A stretch of 64,000 nucleotides of DNA, taken from the NCBI GenBank assembly GCA_024704765.1, contig JAKMXF010000221.1, positions 635,763 through 699,762 of the forward strand, read 5' to 3'. Below, piece after piece: positions 34,637 through 46,489 of this stretch (positions are counted from its first letter, which is position 1; each line of letters opens with the position of its first letter). A program made the translations under genes and the position numbers. Source of the DNA: Oopsacas minuta (lineage: Eukaryota; Animalia; Porifera). The notes beneath the pieces were generated by a model. The model made no database searches. It saw only the letters and a list, made by a program, of their open reading frames with translations, and had not been told where the DNA came from.

Positions 34637-36012
34637 CTATTCAGAAGAATCATTAGTGATTTCTCCATCTCCTGAATATTGTATAATCATAGAATCATGC
34701 CACACGTCTATGTCACCTTCTAACCGACACTTCCATTTTCCTCTGCTCTTACAGACGCTATAAATAGAATAATATTAATCACATTTTCACACCTTTTGAT
34801 ATATTTCAGTAACCTCACACCTCGGGCAATTTTCTGGCCAAATTCTGTCAGGTCTGTAGGAGATGGCGACACAATTTTCACACCTCAACACCCTCGATAA
34901 TCCCAATTTTTCTAACACAAAAGTATTTTGAGAAAGCATTCGTGAAATCAATTTACTAATTATAGACTGAAAGCAGATTTTGATTGGTCAGGAAATGTTT
35001 CGTTTGTGATTATTAATAAAATAAATTTGTAATATTTATTCAATTTTTAGAATTTATGTAACAACTCAGCTCCGTCTGCTTTCAGTTCCGATTAGGTTTC
35101 AAGTTTTCTAAGCATTTTGTTACAATGGAATGCTTAGGAAATATGGCGCCTATTCAACTAGCCAATCTATTTTATTTCTGCAAGTCAGTTAGCGACAAAC
35201 TTATTATCCATGGTTTCTATCTAATTACTATATTTGTTATTATCCATAGTCCATTAATACAATAACTTACCATAATGTGTTATCCTCAGTTCTATATGAA
35301 GTACCGTAACTAGCTATTTGTGTATCAGCTGATCTTCCTAATAGGTTATAGTAACATCCATTCTCTAAACAACAAACAATTTTAATATAACAAATAACAA
35401 ATATTCTCTTATTTTTGGACTTACCTATTGGTCTGCAGTAACCAGGAAGTTGGTGTGTGTCTCCTGGGTTCCTCACACATGCTAGTCCAACTTCACACCT
35501 TCCATATTGCCCCCACACCCCCCCACATATCTCTGTATTCTGTTTGGAACATATTTTGCAACAACCACACACATCAAGATAGAATGAACCCACACATTCC
35601 TGATTTTGACAATTTTCCTGTGGAAAGTAAAGATAATTATATTACTGCTAACTGTAGAGATTATAGCGGGAGGTGTAGATACATATTATTTGACACATGT
35701 TACTCTGCTTCACACCTGTTAATAGTTTGCAGAATATTTGTTGTTATCCATGGTTCATACAGCCAAATCTTAATTCAAATTAAATGATATAACTTGTATA
35801 TGACTATATTCCTGACTTAATAAGGTCACATCAGGAATCGGTACACAGGACAAGTTGACACTATTAAAAGGGGAAAAATGTGTTTTGTATTATTATTTAT
35901 TTGTAACACTTACTAAATATTTGTTACACTTTTTCCTGCAAGAAAGTAAATTTGCTTTTTTCAAAACTAAAATGAAAAATACAAACAATAAACAATTTCT
36001 AAATATTTGCAT
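34637..36012 (-). CDS. Secreted IGFBP N-domain + VWC-like protein, join(35914..36012,35425..35617,35271..35364,34637..34757), 168 aa
   Basis: Exon lengths 99+193+94+121=507 join in phase. Signal peptide MQIFRNCLLFVFFILVL; CRKKC...CQNQEC...DVCGCCKIC...CGGVWGQYGRCEVGLAC (CRIM1-like IGFBP domain); then GCYYN...LCVCKSRGKWKC. Confidence 0.8.
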
Positions 36013-39000
36013 TTTGGATTCTCTAATTTGTAATTTGATTAATTTACTATTATTTATAGTTTTGTGTTAGGACACAATTTCTCTGCCACCACAAACCACT
36101 TGAATGTGACACAATTTAGAATCAATTAAAATACTTCCTAGATTCCTCAAACTGGTAGCAGTCATCATTCATTTATTTCCATAAATTAGCTCTAATCCAA
36201 ATGTGGTTATTTAAGATAGTGTCAATAACTGGAACTAATTGTGCTGAGGTTATACAGTCATAGTTCCATATTGGTTAATAGGATATTCAGTTTGTATATG
36301 CTGGTATTATCTGGAATTCGTTAGGTTTCAGTTCTACCGTATTATCACCTATCTCAGGGAGTTATTGAGATATGTATTATTAGATTAATGACATTCCACA
36401 ACTATAGTAGTTCAACTGAAACGATGGATATTATTGCCCCGTATGAGCTCACGATCGAACCTCAAACTATGAATACTTTCGATACTATTGTGCCATAAGA
36501 GACCCTCCTCTTTACAATCTAATTTATACTTGTCTCATATTTCTAGCTTAATGTGTAGGTCATTTATCCGATTATGTAATTGTTAATATTAGAATTACTT
36601 AACAGAGCATTTATTGCTGGATTGAATTTCTATATTCATTTACTGTTGCTATGATTAGAGACCAGTGTAGAATATATTTCTGGTCATATCTGATCTAGCT
36701 GACAAACACACAAACAAGCAAACAAGCAAACACAGCGAGCGTAGCGAATATTGGACCGCGAACCACTGTTCCTTGTCTTCAAGCCTTTTGGAGACATACG
36801 GGGAACAATGAAGTTTATGCGGCAATTCCTACATAACTCATTTCGAAGCGATCAAAGTATGTCGTCCTGTTCAAATATAAGAATTTCGTTGTCATTCAAA
36901 GAATATATCCTGTCTATTACAATAGTTATGTCCAATACATTCCTAGCTCGTTGCCTAGTAACCACCAATTATGTCAATTACATATTACAAATCTTCTGCT
37001 CTGTTATGTTATCATATATCATATCGTAATGGGAATATCTCTACCTGTTAGTTTCAGTAAGGATCAATTACACACAGAGTAGGACATTACTGAATCTTTG
37101 TCCGCAAGATCCTGGAGGATCTATTAGTACAATTGCTGTGAAAATTGGCACATAGGTATGTCATGGGGTGTAGATGTAGACCTGAGGACATCAAGTTTCT
37201 ATAATTAATATTTTCACACCTTTTTTTGAGTTTGCTAGATTTTCACACTTAAGTTATCGCTGTGAACAATTTTCAACTGCAATGTATTCGTTATTCAGGT
37301 ATGTCACATGTAGATATGATTATTTATCATATGATAAACCATATTTACACCTTTCATGAATTCTTAACATTTCAAATTATACAAAACAACAATAAACAAT
37401 ACATATAGGATTATATAATCGGAAAAATCAATAAACCGTCAGTTCTATCTGCTATTAAATCAAATATTAGTATTTGCCCCAGAGGTGTCAGTCCCTATAA
37501 ATATTCTGATTAGCTACTCTGATGAGTAGAGCTGTCTTATGAAATATTCTGAATTGATAAATCATATTTATTTATTTGTTTGTTTGTTTGTTTGTTTGTT
37601 TGTTGATTACTTTAATTCGTATTTCAACTACTACAATGTTTGGACATATATAAGAGGAATCTCATTTCTCTGGAAAAGGTGACAATTGTGTCGACCTGTC
37701 AGATTTTAGGGTTCATTGGCTGATGTTATACTTGTAAATATGTTATTAATTATTCACACCTTTCTGAGACTGTATATCATTGGTTTATGAGAACACAAAC
37801 TTGTCTATAATTAGAATTACTTTACTAGTAAACAAACAGTTTACGTTTGTTGTTATTTATAAGTTTGTACATTTATCTTATAATATTCTTTTGCGTATTT
37901 TACATATTTCTGCAATCAAATCGATCTAATTTGAATTAAATATTACATATTTGAGATGATTTTAGTCATTTTTCCGTCTCAGCTGATTTCAAATAGCTGA
38001 TTAGTATTCTTGGAAAATATTGTACAGAATTTCCAGAGTTTATTATTGGAACTATTTTTGTTTGTTTAATCAGATGTAAATATATTTGTTGTCCTGTTTA
38101 CATTTATTGCTTATCATTACTGAAGTAATCAATAAATTGAAATTTACTCTATTTTTACAGAATTGTATATTTCTTATAATTCTTACAATAGTTTTAACCA
38201 ATAGAATATCAAGTTACACATGATGGGAGCGCGGGTTCATGCAGAACAGCTGATCACCATCATATACCTACAATCCTTTAGGGGTAATGTTTTCGCTCTG
38301 CTGTTCACACCTTCAGAGATTAAGACACCAAATTTGGCATGTGTACTCGTAGTGATATCTAGTTATGCGCCTGACATTTGAAAAATTTCTAATGTGTATA
38401 TTTTCACACTTTTTGACACCTCTGTATTTTAGCCCAATCAGATTGTAGGGTTTACAATTAGGCATAAATACATAAAATTAGTTCTGATGGAATGTTTGTA
38501 TTGATTGTAGACTGTAATTCTATTGGTCAATACATTATATCAATAAATATACACTGATTAATCATATTTTCACACCTTTTGGTGAACATTTCAGAATTAT
38601 CCTAGAGATTAGCTTCCACTTGTTATGTAGGGGTAAACAGGGACGTAGAATTCGATTCTAACATTATTAAATGTCTAACAAGATTATTTATATACACTTT
38701 GAGATTTTTGTTAAAATGGATATTTAGTAGAATTTTATAGTTTCAATAATCCACTGAAATCAGTTTCATATTGGTTGTACATACGTGTATATTGTAATTA
38801 ATACTGTTCGGATTACTTACATATTTCGAGTATTTAGTAGTTGCTTATGTCCACTACTATGTTTATTACGCACTTGTTGTCCTTTATCCTTTGTAAACGA
38901 CTATATTTAGAATGTGAATTTATCTCAAATTAGAACATCAATATATGGATAACCTCTAAGCAGATTATTGAATACTTTCAGTTTGTATATTATATGACTA

Positions 39001-39094
39001 ATAATATTTATTATCTCATTTGTAATTGTTACTATAAAAGCAAATAAATTATGATAAATAACAATAACAATAACAATAACAACAAATAATTACA

Positions 39095-39547
39095 ATGTTA
39101 AAATCAGATAATGTTTGTATAATATCAAAATGTAATCGAGCTATTTGTATACTGAAAGATAACTACAAAGATCTCCTACAGAATGGAGGCGATAATTTTC
39201 TTGATATTGTTGATATAGACAAACTTGTTTACACAAAAGCATCTAAACTAACACCTCTCCTAGACACAAATGTGTTCAGTGAGATTGAAAAGAATTGGAT
39301 CAAAGAGAACAGAAGGAAGGCAATAAACAGAAAAACAGCAGGAGAGTCACGTGACCGCAAAAAACGCGAACAATCAAAACTAGTAAATGATTTAAAATAT
39401 CTTGAACGATACCGAGATGTGTTAAGTCAACAGAAAGAAGAATTTATTGAGGAGATTTATGGCCTAAAATGGGGTATTCGGAAAATGTCTTTTGAATACT
39501 CACTAGCTATTCCTACCAATCAACTGGGAGTTTATTCTAACACCTAG
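39095..39547 (+). CDS. Maf/CNC-like bZIP transcription factor, intronless
   Basis: IKENRRKAINRKTAGESRDRKK keeps the N-x7-R basic signature; a leucine zipper follows. Confidence 0.8.
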   Translation: MLKSDNVCIISKCNRAICILKDNYKDLLQNGGDNFLDIVDIDKLVYTKASKLTPLLDTNVFSEIEKNWIKENRRKAINRKTAGESRDRKKREQSKLVNDLKYLERYRDVLSQQKEEFIEEIYGLKWGIRKMSFEYSLAIPTNQLGVYSNT

Positions 39548-40190
39548 ACGCTGACACTTAATTTAATTATCATGTTTCTAAACTTTTGTAGAAATATTCT
39601 TTGTACTCATATTTTATTGAGGATTATCATAGGTATATTATTCACATTCCTATCTGTTGCTATGGTATCAAATTCACTAATTTGACAATTATGTAATCTA
39701 ATTGGTTGATTTAATAATTACAAAGAGTGAATAAGCAAAAATGGGTCTATAATATTAATAGAATTTCTTATTGGTTTTGTCGCTTTGATACCCACTTTTT
39801 GTAAATGTATTGTATTATTCATTAAAGTGTGATAATTTCCGCAATCAGCTGATTAGAGCTATATCTAGAAATACAGTAGATGCTATGTAATTAATATTTA
39901 TAATATCAAATGCGAATGTCCTTTTATCAGAGTTTCAATTTGTGCTATCACTTCCTCCAACTATTGTCTTGAAAATGAAATTTGTTTATTCTAATATTTT
40001 GTGCTCTAAAGTTGTTAGTTAATTGAATTTTGTAAGAATTTTTCTTCTGAAAATCCAAAGATTCAATTCATCATAAACACCTTATTATTCTACAAATTTA
40101 GTATATTAACTGATTAAAAACATTTATCGTAGAATTCCTCATTTATAGAAGTGTTAGACGTAATTATCTCTAAAGTATTCCCATTCCACC

Positions 40191-40349
40191 TTCCCCTGCT
40201 ATACAGGTTCCCCTGCTATACAGGTTCCCCTGTTATACAGGTTCTCCTGTTATGCAGGTTCCCCTGTTATACAGGTTCTCCTGTTATACAGGTTCCCCTG
40301 CTATACAGGTTCCCCTGTGATACAGGTTCCCCTGCTATACAGGTTCCCC
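40191..40349 (+). repeat. 17-bp tandem repeat ATACAGGTTCCCCTG(C/T)T, ~9 copies
   Basis: Period 17 is directly visible. Confidence 0.93.
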
Positions 40350-40692
40350 GCTTATAAGTTTGTACTTCTGTAATGGAACTAACTGGTTTCATAATATTAT
40401 ACATGATTTAGGATATTTCACTTTGAAATGGAAAATCTATAAATTTGTGCTAATAATAGAATATGGCGCCATTTTGACGGATGTTTAATAAACTGAATTA
40501 TGAATATAACTTATAGTTCTTGTTTAATACGTGTTACTTCCATTATACGCATATTTCTGGTACAGTTTATTCACGTTTTAGCGGGTCATATACTTGTTTA
40601 TATTTATTTAAACTATAAAATATACAAATACAGATAAATATCAATAAAATACAAACAAACAACTTTACACATAAACACTTGAGTAAATATAA

Positions 40693-42138
40693 TTAATCCA
40701 TTTGTACATATTTATGCATTTTCTTATCTGTATTATTCCTTGGAATTCTGTTATACTGTAGTCTAATTAACCACACACAAACACACAAAATAACAATAAT
40801 AATAATAATAGCAATGAAGGAGCTGACGACTGTTATCGATATTTTAGCTGCCATAGTTAAACCCTCTGGCCTGGGACAGTTCTCTACAAAAGTAACTAAG
40901 AAACAGAATGGAGGGTTGTGGTAGTGACATTGTATGTATATTGTAAAGTTAATGAAGTTATAACTGTCAACATCTGTGAAGTTTACATATAAATAAGAGT
41001 CCCCCTCGCCCCCCATAGTGAAATTAATCCCCTTTAGGTTCCAGTTTGGAGTGCAAGTAGCAGCTGGGTTGTATAGCTTGCAGGAATTATTCTCTAACTC
41101 TTTCAGTTTATATTTTATTAAGAGGCCTGGTTTCCTAGGGACCCTGATCCAAGGATTGTAGCCTAGACCCTCAAATCTGTCCGTACATCCTCTGCAGAAA
41201 TAGGGGATACTGTTGTTAGACCGTAGCTCACACACCTATACAATATTTGTTTGTTTATATAAAACTGTAAATAATAATATAATACAAACAGTATAGTAAT
41301 ATAGCGGTTCCCAGGCTAATTCACCCGTGGACACCCTTGCTGAGGTCTGGACCCCCCTGCTGTCTTCTGTGTACCATATGTTTGTAACCGCTATAGACCT
41401 GCTATGAACGGTGCTGTTATGATTGTTATCTGTTGAACCATGGACTAATAACATTGTAAAGTTAACATTCTTAACAGTATTTATTGCAACCATGGTTTCG
41501 GCGCCTATATTTCTATTATATAATTAATACAGCAGTCAGGGGAATACTGTATCTTGAGTTCCTGAAAAAGATTAGACCAAACTATGTCAATATGAAACTA
41601 ACACTTATAGTTCCAGTTATGAATCCAATGTGTAATATTTCATAAAATAATATTTTCTCAAAAACTATAGAATTCTAATTACATTTAATTTGTTCAATAA
41701 ATTTTTAATATTAAGAAATATTACATAACTATGAACCTAGCAACCTAGCAACCTAGCAACCATTAAAGAATTATTCCTTAGAATTCTAATTATTTAATTA
41801 TTATTTAATGTAATTGGAATTTATCATAGAATCTGTATTATTAAATTCCTTGAGTTATACGTGAATGATTGCATGACACTTGCCAATAGAATGTATGCGT
41901 TGTTAGGGGCTAATAAGACCCACACAAACAGACTACCCTTCCTTGGATACGGTGGATAGCGATAAATGTTCTTATAACCGACACCCACTGAATTGAATTC
42001 CTTCCTCCCTATTATGTATCCAAGGAACATACACGTATTAATATACTCACCTCTCCAACGTATTCTTCTCTTGCCATAACATTGCTCAGTAGTATAGCAC
42101 AGCACACGAATAGTGTCACATAACACGCGTAGATATTC
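40693..42138 (-). CDS. Single-pass type I membrane protein; exons 41861..42138, 41290..41512, 40693..41235; 5' exon not located
   Basis: Phase-consistent GT-AG joins; many N-x-S/T sequons; Cys-containing ectodomain with a weak CUB-like stretch (YPPYP...VWVLLAPNNAYILL); TM ISITVVSSFIAIIIIIVILCVCVWL. Confidence 0.55.
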
Positions 42139-42610
42139 CTATATACAAATATGATAAATATTCACTTAGCTGTGTCGACCTATCAGATTTGAGGGTTTAC
42201 TTCCCCAGCATCTCCAGCTGGTATTCTATTAGTTAAATTGAATACACAAGTAATGTAATTATAACACCTATCTGATGTATATGGAAAATATATTCTAAGA
42301 ATAAACTTATTTGTTTTAGTTCAGTTCTATTTACTATCAAATATGGTTAATAACATTCCTATCTATCATAGTTGTTGACAGGATTCTATTCATAAATTCT
42401 AAAAGATAGAATTCTTATAAAAGAAGGAAATTCATTGATTTATTAATTCCGAATACAACCATTTAGAAAAAGGAACTATATTCTATCATAGTTCCCTTTA
42501 GGCGCTGATATTTGGTAATTTATGTAACTATACGCTTTACTTAACGAAATATCACAATTATAATTATCTATAAGACTTCCGGTATATTAATTACTGCCAC
42601 TTGGTTGGAC

Positions 42611-42680
42611 ACTTTGTGACACTATTTTGACACTATTTTGACACTATTGTGACACTATTTTGACACTATTTTGACACTAT
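42611..42680 (+). repeat. 11-bp tandem repeat TGACACTATT(T/G), ~6 copies
   Basis: Directly visible. Confidence 0.9.
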
Positions 42681-43456
42681 AGGCAAAAGCTTGTAAACAA
42701 TAAGATTTGAAAACTTTCAAATTTAGAATTACACAAATTCCATGAATATTTTTAATGTATTATTAATTGTGATTTTAGTAACACCTTATATACTCATATA
42801 TTTATCATAATAAAGTGTCACAGATATATTAACACCTGTTAATTAAATTAGAACATAACTCACATCTGTAGTATTATCACAAATCTGCTCAATAAATATT
42901 AATCAGTGGTTTATATTCGAATACGTGATAGAATAGCTTTTATACAAATCTCAGCTGTAACAGGGCTTCAAATGTATTATCTACATATTATCAGCTGGTG
43001 AGTAGATAGCTGACTTAATTATTCAAATTAATATCAATTGTTCATGGAACTAACTTAATATTTACAGGTGTGAGGCAACAGAACTAAGGATTTTGTCGTT
43101 AATATTAATACTTTATTTCAAGATAACTATTTTCATACTAACGATATGGAATGTTAGTCATAATCTAATTAACTCTATTAATTAGATTTATATTGAGTTG
43201 AATAGTATGAAATTCTTCACATTCCTATCCTATTTAACCGTATCTAAGAAACGAATACTATCTTTCATATTACAAACTCTTAATGCGATCGACAAAATTG
43301 AAAGTATTTGGTGGCTCTAGCTTTGTCAAGTAGTGTAATACTAACTGTCCCGAGCCCTCTGTTATCCATGGTTCTTATTATGTAATTAATAACTGAAGCA
43401 ACAAGTGTTATTTGATATTAATAATATTCTCATTATTATAGGCTGCTTATTGTGAA

Positions 43457-45214
43457 ATGAATTTATATTTTTTATGCATTCTTTGTGTGTCTTCCCTAGC
43501 AACCACGGCATGTGTGTTTAATATTATATCGGAGTCTGAGACTTACTGTGACTTCGATAAGAATTTGAATATAGAATTTTGCGATGAAGTTAATGCCATT
43601 TTTGTGCCACAAGGACACTATTATAGTGTCACAGATTGTGTCGCTTACGTGACACCTTATGATACTTTAGTTTCACACCTCTGTCCGTTTGTGATAGCCT
43701 CTATGAGTGAGCTTGATAACAATTGTCACGTATTCTATTCCAGTAACGGGACCGTATCTATTATAAACCTCAAAATGCAGCAGCCACCTACTCTATTTGG
43801 CGTCACAATTGGTACTGTGACGTCACCATTCAATGACGATGTGTTCTTTTTATATTGTCCCCTATATGGACAACCTGCCCTCTCCTATAATTGGAGTATA
43901 CCGATCGCTGGGGCTGTCTGGCACTTAAATATTACAACTCTAGCGGACTACAAAGATAGCAACGAATTTTCAAGTGGTTTTTTGTCCTCTGTTTATATGT
44001 ATGCAAACTGCCCGTCTGCAGTACAAATACTCTATGACGTCAAAATTGGATTTGAAGGTGCATTCCATTGCACTGGAACTAATGAGTTTGGTTCCAAAAC
44101 CGTTCTTGTAACTATTTTAACAGACTCTAATGTGTGTGTTACCCAACAGAATCCAATCTTCAGTAACAGTAGCAACCGAATATTCCAGTTGGAATCTAAT
44201 CGTAAAGTTCTAGCTGAAGAAATAGGCGGGAATATAACTGTAGATTGTAAATTCACACCTTTTTCTAAGGATATTATCTTGTTTTGGGTTAGAACAGGGA
44301 ATTTATCTAAAATATCTAATATTTGTACAAGTACACCTGATCCTTATATCCTGACTTCTGATGATAAATACACGATTACTGATGAGTTAGTTTCTGAGAA
44401 CTCTAACTTCCCCGGGACTCCCAATTGTACCAAATCTCTTTCTATAACAATTCATGAATTCCATCTGTCAGATGAGGGGGCGTATTCGTGTGTCGCGGTT
44501 CTGTGTACCACTGGTTTCCCGCCTAAAGTGTCCAGCAGGGATATAGAAATAACAGGAGACAGAGAGACCCGGACTCTCTTAATCTGGTTATTCTCTCTGA
44601 TCTCTCTCCCTGTCCTCTTGATAATAATCTCCTTGGTAACAGCTGGTATTCTCATGTATTTGAATAAAGTTAGACTCATCCGATGGTACATAGCTTGGAA
44701 GATAGAGGATCCAATTGGTCAGTTTGAATACGACGCGTTTATTTGTACTCCAGAGGAGTACGATCATCAATTAGTAACAGAGGTTACGGAAGTCTTTGAA
44801 GATTTACAGAATATACGTATTCTGTGGAGTGAGCATGATCAGTGCATTTTAGCTGGACGCAGTCATGTAGAGAATGCTGTAGAGATAATGGAGAAGTGTA
44901 AAAAGTTCATTTTTATTGTTGACACAAAGTTTGTTGATTGTTTCTTCTGTAAACAACTTGTCGAGCTTGTTGTTGAGAAGAGTAGTGTTAAGAATTGGAA
45001 CATAATACTCCCTGTTAAATGGTACCAGCATTCCATTGTACCAGATGAGTTGCTAGTCTACAGATATGTGGATAGAGAGGATAATCAAGATTATCTCAAA
45101 GAGATTTCTAGTTTTATGGAAGGAAGGAATGCGGCTAGAAGGAATGTGGCTCATGGCTATGAATTGTTAGATATACGTGTTGATGATAGGAGCAGACCTT
45201 TACTTAATGTTTGA
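43457..45214 (+). CDS. Ig-domain / TM / TIR receptor (IL-1R-like, IgTIR type), intronless
   Basis: Signal peptide; Ig motifs (LYCP...YNWS...EGAFHCTGTN; VDC...LFW...DEGAYSC); TM helix; TIR box 1 FEYDAFIC and SHVENAVEIMEKCKKFIFIV. Confidence 0.88.
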   Translation: MNLYFLCILCVSSLATTACVFNIISESETYCDFDKNLNIEFCDEVNAIFVPQGHYYSVTDCVAYVTPYDTLVSHLCPFVIASMSELDNNCHVFYSSNGTVSIINLKMQQPPTLFGVTIGTVTSPFNDDVFFLYCPLYGQPALSYNWSIPIAGAVWHLNITTLADYKDSNEFSSGFLSSVYMYANCPSAVQILYDVKIGFEGAFHCTGTNEFGSKTVLVTILTDSNVCVTQQNPIFSNSSNRIFQLESNRKVLAEEIGGNITVDCKFTPFSKDIILFWVRTGNLSKISNICTSTPDPYILTSDDKYTITDELVSENSNFPGTPNCTKSLSITIHEFHLSDEGAYSCVAVLCTTGFPPKVSSRDIEITGDRETRTLLIWLFSLISLPVLLIIISLVTAGILMYLNKVRLIRWYIAWKIEDPIGQFEYDAFICTPEEYDHQLVTEVTEVFEDLQNIRILWSEHDQCILAGRSHVENAVEIMEKCKKFIFIVDTKFVDCFFCKQLVELVVEKSSVKNWNIILPVKWYQHSIVPDELLVYRYVDREDNQDYLKEISSFMEGRNAARRNVAHGYELLDIRVDDRSRPLLNV

Positions 45215-45515
45215 GTGTTTATTAGTAATTTATTTGTTATTTACTTCTGTTTACAAACATTTAAATCTATTTTTTGAGGTTCTTAAACGCGGGTTATTTT
45301 TTGTCAATTAATCTCAGGATTAGGTGTGTATAATTGGAATAATGAATGCTTGTAAATATTATTCTATAAATATCCATCAGCTGTTATTCATTACAGAATT
45401 CATACAAGCACTTCTCTTCTAAATATTCTTCCATTCGAATTCCAATAATCCATAATTATCTCTAAGCTAATACGGCTTAGTTGCTATATAAACCAACTCA
45501 CAGATACACGATTAA

Positions 45516-46277
45516 ATGATTGGTTGTAAATATAGTTTGTTGTTGTTATTGTTGATTCAATCAACACATCTGTGTACAGCTGATGAGGTGTCATATGATT
45601 ATATCGTCCTGGCATTAACCTGGCCGCCTGGGTTCTGTACAAGTATAGGGAATGAGTGTGACAGCTCTAAGGTGAGGAACATCTGGACCATACACGGCCT
45701 CTGGCCCACCCTTAAGCAGCAGACCTCTAATCCCGCCTTCTGTGACGGAGAGCCATTCAATTCTAATTATTTAAGCGCCAAACTACTCAATCAGCTGACT
45801 GCCTCGTGGCCTAATTATAAGCAGTCTAGTACTGATGAATTATTTTGGAATTATGAATGGAGTAAACACGGTACCTGTGCGGTACAGGGAGATTATGACA
45901 CCTTCCCGAGCCAATCAGCTTACTTCTCACGGACACTGGAACTATATAACACCTATAATTTCAGTTCCATATTGACGAATAATGATATTTATCCTGGATC
46001 TACTACTTTTCTATCTGAGCTTAAATCTACTTTTAGCAGATTCTTCGGATTATCAAATACTGTAACATTCCAATGCTCCACTCACAACAACCGTCACTAT
46101 GTAACTAGCTGTCACTTCTGTCTTAGTTCCAATTTCTCAGTAATCAGCTGTCCTTCTGGTAAAACAGACAGCTGTCAATATTCATATCCTATCGTGTATT
46201 CTAGCAGAGCTGATATGGTGGACTGTTATTTGTTTTTGTTCATGTTTTTGTTATTATTTGTTATTGAAATGTTGTAA
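45516..46277 (+). CDS. RNASET2: Ribonuclease T2 with a hydrophobic C-terminal tail
   Basis: Signal peptide; CAS I WTIHGLWP and CAS II FWNYEWSKHGTC. Confidence 0.95.
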   Translation: MIGCKYSLLLLLLIQSTHLCTADEVSYDYIVLALTWPPGFCTSIGNECDSSKVRNIWTIHGLWPTLKQQTSNPAFCDGEPFNSNYLSAKLLNQLTASWPNYKQSSTDELFWNYEWSKHGTCAVQGDYDTFPSQSAYFSRTLELYNTYNFSSILTNNDIYPGSTTFLSELKSTFSRFFGLSNTVTFQCSTHNNRHYVTSCHFCLSSNFSVISCPSGKTDSCQYSYPIVYSSRADMVDCYLFLFMFLLLFVIEML

Positions 46278-46489
46278 TGCGTATTAATATATTGCTTTAT
46301 TTGTATATTGATTGGAGAAAAGTTATTCAATTATCAGAACAATAATTAGATTAATAACAAAAGAGTAACACCTCGTTAATAAGAACTCCAACGGACGGTC
46401 AAATGTGTTCTCTTTATCCAGAGTGATACCAACAAACTGTCCGCTGGTGTTAGTATTAATGATATTCTACTGTTATGTTTACTAGCTTT

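Noticed and set aside
36400-37160. Possible extra minus-strand exons (e.g. DCKEEGLLWHNS) upstream of the IGFBP-domain gene
   Set aside because: I could not build a phase-consistent, stop-free gene model.
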